Source: an uncultured virus (IMG/VR IMGVR_UViG_3300028591_000172) (Duplodnaviria; Heunggongvirae; Uroviricota; Caudoviricetes). From it: 20,000 nucleotides of DNA. This document shows positions 14,652-20,000 of this stretch, in pieces. The first letter of the stretch is position 1; each line of letters starts with the position of its first letter. Under the pieces are notes generated by a model. That model was given only the letters and a program-made list of their open reading frames with translations. It was not told where the DNA came from and did no database searches. The stretch lies in the IMG/VR virus record IMGVR_UViG_3300028591_000172. One strand, 5' to 3'. The translations under genes were made by a program, and so were the position numbers.

Positions 14652-16268
14652 ATGACCAATGATAAAATTGAATCTGGCCTCTATATGGGCACAGAAGTTG
14701 GTGGCGGCAACTACAACGCCAAACAAGTTATTGAAGACTTTATGAAAACCGAATATGAAGAAGGTTTCCGTAATGAATTCAACGCATTAGATGCTTTAAT
14801 CAATAAGCTTCCAAAAGATACCATTAAGGGTAAGAAGAAATATAAATCCTTCAAACTCGGTATCTCCGACAATATTAGAGCTGTCGGTTCTGGCACATTC
14901 GATAGATACGAACTCGGTATGGAAGATTTCTCTGGCCGTGGTGGTGAAACAGTCGATGCAGAATTCGACACCACAAAATTAATGGCTACATTCTCCATCA
15001 CTGATGAAGCAATCTTAAAAGGCACAGGTGATGGTTCCTTAATCGATGTGTTAAAAGATCAATTATCCGATATGGAAATTGGTATGAAACACACAATGAA
15101 CCGTTACACATATGGCGCAGCCAATGGTAAAATTGGTTCATTAGCATATGACGGTGGCAAATTAATTAACATCGTTGATGTCTCTGGTATTACAGCTGCT
15201 TCTCAACAAATTAGTGATACTGCCTTAGACTTCGGTCGTGATGTTCGTGGTGTTTATCACAATATGTTTAGATATGGCAAAGCACCAAAGGTTATCTCCT
15301 TCAAGATGCTCAACTCCCATTCCTTAATTGCTGGTATGGGTGCCTTAATCCAATACCAAGCTGGTAGCACACTTGCCGCTAACGACTTAAGAGTTGTTGG
15401 TTATATCTGGCAAAAAGACAACACTGAAATTCACAGTGAAAAAGTCTTATTCATCGTTGAAGCTGTTTATAAATACAGTGGTTCTGCTTGGGTTAAAGAA
15501 TCCGATTTCTCAACATTAGCATCTGCTCTTCCAGCATCTGGCACAAGTGCAGTGGCAATTGTCTATTCCAGACAATTAGATGATAAAGGTGCTATTGCTA
15601 AAGAATACACCGGCTTAGAAGATATCGTTGTTACACAAAACAATACAATCTTCGGTGTCAACAGAAACATCTATCGTTCATTAAACTGCACAGCAGTTGA
15701 CTTAGCAGACAGCCAATTCCTCAACGAAGAACTCTTAAGAGATATGACAGACCACTTAGCATTATCTTCTCCAGAAGGCACATCCATTACATTATGCTGT
15801 GCCAACCACAGAATCATCTCCCAAGTTGAAAAGTCCTTATATCAATTTAAGAACTACAACTTAACAGATGTTGGCCAAGGTATGCAACTCGGTGGTGGTT
15901 CCGAACTCAGATTCGACAACTATGTCTTACATAAAGACGCATTCGCAAGAGACAACAACCTCTACTTATTAGACCAAAATAAGATTGGTGAATTAGTCCG
16001 TAGAGACTTCACATGGATTACATCTGGCGAAGTCAATGGTGTCTTACAACGTAGACCAGGTACAGAAATGTATGAAGGTATCATGAACAAATACGCCGAT
16101 ATGTATATCGACGCATGGAGATGCCACGCTGTCATCAAACACTGTAAAGTTACAACTCCAGGTTCCTTCTTCAGCTATCAATCCAACGGCTTACCAAAAG
16201 GTGTTGGTGACACAGCTCAAGTCGAAATCACCGGCGTTGCTGATGGTGTTAAATTCCCAGCTGAATAG
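14652..16268 (+). CDS. Major capsid protein (HK97 fold, putative, with central insertion)
   Basis: Strong AGGAGG at 14635-14640 and high-expression codon bias (many TTC/AAC/ATC/TCC). Capsid-like segments include ATFSITDEAILK, MNRYTYGAANG, EYTGLEDIV..TIFGVNR and LYLLD. It is followed by a terminator. Confidence 0.85.
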   Translation: MTNDKIESGLYMGTEVGGGNYNAKQVIEDFMKTEYEEGFRNEFNALDALINKLPKDTIKGKKKYKSFKLGISDNIRAVGSGTFDRYELGMEDFSGRGGETVDAEFDTTKLMATFSITDEAILKGTGDGSLIDVLKDQLSDMEIGMKHTMNRYTYGAANGKIGSLAYDGGKLINIVDVSGITAASQQISDTALDFGRDVRGVYHNMFRYGKAPKVISFKMLNSHSLIAGMGALIQYQAGSTLAANDLRVVGYIWQKDNTEIHSEKVLFIVEAVYKYSGSAWVKESDFSTLASALPASGTSAVAIVYSRQLDDKGAIAKEYTGLEDIVVTQNNTIFGVNRNIYRSLNCTAVDLADSQFLNEELLRDMTDHLALSSPEGTSITLCCANHRIISQVEKSLYQFKNYNLTDVGQGMQLGGGSELRFDNYVLHKDAFARDNNLYLLDQNKIGELVRRDFTWITSGEVNGVLQRRPGTEMYEGIMNKYADMYIDAWRCHAVIKHCKVTTPGSFFSYQSNGLPKGVGDTAQVEITGVADGVKFPAE

Positions 16269-16296
16269 TCTTTGGACTATAATAATCCTTAAAACT

Positions 16297-16328
16297 AAAG
16301 GCTCACTTGAAAGAGTGAGTCTTTTTTT
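16297..16328 (+). terminator. Rho-independent terminator after the capsid gene
   Basis: Stem GGCTCACTT / GAGTGAGTC (two G-U pairs) with a GAAA tetraloop at 16309-16312, followed by 7 T at 16322-16328. Confidence 0.9.
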
Positions 16329-16335
16329 ATATGAT
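16307..16335 (+). promoter_or_regulatory. Candidate sigma70/sigmaA promoter overlapping the terminator
   Basis: TTGAAA (16307-16312), a 17 nt spacer and TATGAT (16330-16335); each box is 5/6 to consensus. It precedes GAGGT (16344-16348) and ATG 16353. Confidence 0.45.
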
Positions 16336-16352
16336 AAATAATAGAGGTAAGT

Positions 16353-16736
16353 ATGAATTACAAAGATATAATTAGAGTTAAACCTTGGCTTAAACTTTAT
16401 AATGTTGGAAATTTATCCACACGTTTATTAAAATCAACTAACGGAAACGCATTCATAGTGTATAATAATATTCAGCAAGAATATCAACTACATACAGTCC
16501 AAGCAGAGCTTATGTCTGGTGATTCTACTAACGCTAATATTCCTCAAGAAGTTCTCAACCAATGGATTATTGAGGACTATAATAGCACTGACTTTGAAAA
16601 ATATGTTGATGACATAATGAGTGTCCATCAAATAAATGAATATGTCCACAATGAAAAGTTCTCAGACGAGCACAGAAGAATGGAACTATCACATCAACTT
16701 GAAACAATAGAAAGGGTAATGGGAACTAAGATATGA
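16353..16736 (+). CDS. Hypothetical protein (127 aa), probably virion-associated
   Basis: GAGGT RBS and an ATGA overlap with the next gene at 16733-16736. No motif recognised. Confidence 0.75.
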   Translation: MNYKDIIRVKPWLKLYNVGNLSTRLLKSTNGNAFIVYNNIQQEYQLHTVQAELMSGDSTNANIPQEVLNQWIIEDYNSTDFEKYVDDIMSVHQINEYVHNEKFSDEHRRMELSHQLETIERVMGTKI

Positions 16737-17437
16737 AATTGTATGATTTATACTTAAGAGTTCTTGGCACTACTGGGTTAGATGTCATGGATTTAAATTC
16801 TCTCCACGCCGCTGTTAGTAACTGTATGGCTGACTTAACCAGCCGTGGTTATAAAATTTTTAAAGAACTACATTTGGAAGATTTCGACAAAGATAAAATT
16901 GAAGTTCATGATCATTTAGTTATTCTTCCTGCTCCTAAAGATATTCGCAAAGCAGTGTTTTTAAGATTGTTCTTTGACCAAGACGCAGACCTAGCAACAC
17001 GTGTTTCATTATCTAATCCTCGTGTTCAATGTAAATATATTGATGGAATATTCAGAAGTTACTTAGAACCAAATCAATCCATTTATTACATCAAAGATGA
17101 TAAGATTTATATTGAATGGCATGATTCATTGAGACCTGTTTTAAATGAATTGTCTTTTGGTTACTATCAAAAGCTTTATTGTCCAGATAATTTTCCAAGA
17201 GATCCAAATAATTCTGACGAAATGAAACAAGTTGAAATAGATATTCGTCCTGAATTCGATGACGCTTTAGTTCTTTATGCTGCGTATTTCTATATCTCTA
17301 GATATTTGAAAGACACAGATAAGATTAATTTAGCATTATCAAACTACAAATATTATGTTGAAGATATCATCCATGAACTTTCTTATGAAGATGAATTCAA
17401 TGAAGAAGATGCTGTTATTAAAGTAGAGGAAGATTAA
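16733..17437 (+). CDS. Head-tail adaptor / tail tubular protein A-like (putative)
   Basis: 234 aa with N-terminal helices, a beta-rich middle and C-terminal IDIRPEFDDALVLYAAY, resembling podovirus adaptors. It lies just before the nozzle-like gene. Confidence 0.65.
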   Translation: MKLYDLYLRVLGTTGLDVMDLNSLHAAVSNCMADLTSRGYKIFKELHLEDFDKDKIEVHDHLVILPAPKDIRKAVFLRLFFDQDADLATRVSLSNPRVQCKYIDGIFRSYLEPNQSIYYIKDDKIYIEWHDSLRPVLNELSFGYYQKLYCPDNFPRDPNNSDEMKQVEIDIRPEFDDALVLYAAYFYISRYLKDTDKINLALSNYKYYVEDIIHELSYEDEFNEEDAVIKVEED

Positions 17438-17438
17438 T

Positions 17439-20000
17439 ATGCCAACCAGAACAAAAGACTATCCTATATATACGTATGATGAACCTGCTGTATACAAGGA
17501 TTTTTCTGGTGGAATAAATACTGATCCTAGTAATGATCATCTATTAGATACAGAATTAAGAGACTGTGTTAATATGACATACTTTTCTGGTGCCTTAGTT
17601 AAACGTCAAGGTGCTAAAAAAATATGTGATGTTGTATGTGAAGATAGTTTATTCAACATTCAAGGAGTATTTCTATTCACATATAAAATTACTTATTTAA
17701 TTGTTGCCGCCGATGGCAAACTTTACCAGGGAATTTATAATGAAGATACAACAATTAGATTAAACAGACTGTATATAAAATACACTAAGCCAACCGAAGA
17801 CAAAGTTTTCGATGAACTTAATGTATTCTCAGGCGTAGAAGAAATAGATTCTAACGATTATATAAAGAGCACAAACCATGAAGGATATGTCCAAACATTT
17901 TTTAGAAACATCCAAACAGACGAAACATTCACTAAAAATCTAAGAGGAGATTTTGACGACATTACTGGTGGTGCTGTTAATGTTGGTGATGTTTTTATTT
18001 CAAATAATACATTTAGATATTTATGTATTAAAAATTTTGTAAAAGAATTCTGGTATCCAAGTGTATCTCAAAAGTGGGAATTATTAGCTTATACAGGTTC
18101 AGAAGCAGAGCCTGGAAGTATTTTTAAATACGTTGAAGACGGCGTTACATATACAATACAAGCTGATGATCCAAGCGTTGAAGCAAAAATAAACGCAATT
18201 ACTTCATCAAATAATGTTCATATTTTTGATATAGATGACAATAGAGTTTGGTACGCTAATGACTTTTGCTATTACGATGGAAAATTTTACAAGTGTAAAG
18301 TAACTCATCAAAATATGCACAACGCTTTAATGAATAACGAATACTTTATTGACTTAACAAATTTAAGCGGAACAAATTTTGTAGAAGAATCATTCTTTGT
18401 TTTCCAAAACTATAGAAAAATTGAAGCCGCTACATTAAATAACAAATTATATATAGCAACAGGAACAAGAATAATTGAAGTTTCTATGTTCGCAAACAAT
18501 CTCGTTGCCCGTCCTATTACTCCGTATCTTTGTAATTATACAGAAATCACAAAGATTGGTTACAACTATATGTCACCATATCCTGAACTTGCTGTCGCTA
18601 GTCAATTAAATACAGTTACAACAAGCATTACAGGAATCAAAGTCACAAAGAAAATTGCTGGTAATTTCTTATTAACTCCAATTATGAATATACAAATAGG
18701 TGACTCAGTTGATAACTATTATTATCGTTGGGAGAAAAATATTAATGGAACCTGGTATACTGTTGTTCCTTTCGCAGCACAACGTCAAGCGTTTTTACCA
18801 TCTGGAGATGGAACATCAATACCAGTAGAAAGAAAAAATTATTATTATATAGAAGTTGATGATGCCGATAAATATACTTATCGTTGTACATTCGCTAGAG
18901 CTTTTGAAACAACAACAGATGTAGTTGAACCATGGAATATGGCATCCAATTATAAAATTGGCGATGTTGTTTCTATAGATCAAAGAATTTTTAAATGTAT
19001 AAATTCACATAATGCTGAAGATATTGTGTATCAGAACAATGTATTTGATTTATACGGATATAAAGCAATTACATCTAATGGCGAAACTAATTACGAACGA
19101 ATTCAATTATGGGAAGAAGTATATAATTTAGAATTATTACTTTATATCCACAAAACAATTAATCAAAGTGGTGAAGTAGTTAATACTTTTACAACAGTTT
19201 ACGATTATAAGATTGATAAAGTTACTGGTGAATATTATGGTTCAGCCACATCAGTTTTGTTTGATAATGAATTAGGAATAAATGATAACTTCTTAATGAT
19301 TCAATCATGTACCAAGGTTATTGCTGATGGTAATAAATTATTATTCTATGCCGACAGATTCAATTCAGGTATGTGGTTCAAAACAATTATAAATAATCCT
19401 GGTTATGTAACTGATAGAGGTAATCTTTCATTCAAAACAAATAAGAATGAAGCAGTTATCAAAGTTATTCCATTCCAAGGGAATATACTTGTGTTTGCTA
19501 ACTCAGATGAAATTGGTGGATCTATTCATTTAGTCCAAGGTAACGGCGATGACTATGACGATCAATCAGGATATTATTCACCATACCAAAGGAGAACAAT
19601 CAATGCGTCCATTACATCATCGAATGCTGACTCTATTCAAATTTGTGACAACATCATTGTGTTTAAATATTTCAATAGAGTTTACTACATTAATGCTAGC
19701 GATCTTAACAATGATACGGTTAAAGTAAATCCTTGTAATGACAGAGTTCTTAACAATGAAGGCGATGTTAAAATTCCTTGGGATGATGATGATTGTATTT
19801 CAGAAGTAACCAAAGATTACTATGCTTTATTATGGAAAGAAAAATACGCACTAGATTCAAGTGGAGATTTAATTCAAACTCATCCTGGTATGCGTGTAAA
19901 AATGTATTACAAAATGTCTGTTCAATATGATGACAACACATATGGTATGCCATGGTTAAGAGATGAAGGAAAAATATTCGACACTAACTTTATTTTATAC
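17439..20000 (+). CDS. Tail nozzle / tail tubular protein B-like beta-propeller protein (3'-truncated, >854 aa), absent from the ORF track
   Basis: ATG 17439 follows GAGGA. My translation shows no stop before the window end: MPTRTKDYPIYTYDEPAVYKDFSGGINTDPSNDHLLDTELRDCVNMTYFSGALVKRQG... The DFSGG..N..GAL.KR.G N-terminus is typical of T7 gp12/P22 gp10-like proteins, and propeller-like strands follow (NKLYIATG, NKLLFY, GNILVF). Confidence 0.82.
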   Translation, partial: MPTRTKDYPIYTYDEPAVYKDFSGGINTDPSNDHLLDTELRDCVNMTYFSGALVKRQGAKKICDVVCEDSLFNIQGVFLFTYKITYLIVAADGKLYQGIYNEDTTIRLNRLYIKYTKPTEDKVFDELNVFSGVEEIDSNDYIKSTNHEGYVQTFFRNIQTDETFTKNLRGDFDDITGGAVNVGDVFISNNTFRYLCIKNFVKEFWYPSVSQKWELLAYTGSEAEPGSIFKYVEDGVTYTIQADDPSVEAKINAITSSNNVHIFDIDDNRVWYANDFCYYDGKFYKCKVTHQNMHNALMNNEYFIDLTNLSGTNFVEESFFVFQNYRKIEAATLNNKLYIATGTRIIEVSMFANNLVARPITPYLCNYTEITKIGYNYMSPYPELAVASQLNTVTTSITGIKVTKKIAGNFLLTPIMNIQIGDSVDNYYYRWEKNINGTWYTVVPFAAQRQAFLPSGDGTSIPVERKNYYYIEVDDADKYTYRCTFARAFETTTDVVEPWNMASNYKIGDVVSIDQRIFKCINSHNAEDIVYQNNVFDLYGYKAITSNGETNYERIQLWEEVYNLELLLYIHKTINQSGEVVNTFTTVYDYKIDKVTGEYYGSATSVLFDNELGINDNFLMIQSCTKVIADGNKLLFYADRFNSGMWFKTIINNPGYVTDRGNLSFKTNKNEAVIKVIPFQGNILVFANSDEIGGSIHLVQGNGDDYDDQSGYYSPYQRRTINASITSSNADSIQICDNIIVFKYFNRVYYINASDLNNDTVKVNPCNDRVLNNEGDVKIPWDDDDCISEVTKDYYALLWKEKYALDSSGDLIQTHPGMRVKMYYKMSVQYDDNTYGMPWLRDEGKIFDTNFILY

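Noticed and set aside
10276..15025. Short nested ORFs inside terL, portal and capsid (10276-10488, 10574-10816, 10619-10810, 13187-13537, 13642-13884, 13680-13871, 14711-15025)
   Set aside because: They overlap well-supported genes and have no independent evidence.
16245..16290. Programmed frameshift or read-through at the capsid end, and TATAAT at 16278-16283 as a promoter
   Set aside because: There is no canonical slippery heptamer, an in-frame TAA follows four codons after the TAG, and a terminator comes next. The TATAAT has no convincing -35 and would fire into the terminator.
19768..19953. 61 aa minus-strand ORF
   Set aside because: It is antisense to the long open nozzle-like frame.
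1..20000. Alternative genetic code, tRNA genes, CRISPR arrays, IS elements, DGR repeats
   Set aside because: Genes tile densely under code 11, with TAA, TAG and TGA all at natural gene ends. Intergenic gaps are under 90 nt, and no long direct repeats or transposase/RT motifs were noticed by eye.

Overview
This is an AT-rich, densely coded, all-plus-strand segment of a tailed phage, probably podovirus-like, covering the virion/morphogenesis module. Strong AGGAG(G) Shine-Dalgarno sites and the standard genetic code suggest a low-GC Bacillota-type host (inference). Gene order: a giant, 5'-truncated protein of over 3,267 aa; terminase large subunit; two small ORFs, one membrane-anchored; portal; scaffold; major capsid protein; an intrinsic terminator overlapping a candidate sigma70/sigmaA promoter; a small ORF; a head-tail adaptor; and a 3'-truncated nozzle-like tail protein (17439->20000) that the ORF track missed. 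The main finding is the giant protein. It carries an intact DEDDh 3'-5' exonuclease domain and a beta'-like double-psi beta-barrel with the RNA polymerase DFDGD motif. These are followed by a beta-like barrel (K...KG motif) and a long helical C-terminus resembling ejected internal virion proteins. It looks like a virion-packaged, single-chain two-barrel RNA polymerase with the barrels in reversed order and a fused exonuclease. All protein-family calls come from motif recognition by eye; no searches were run.
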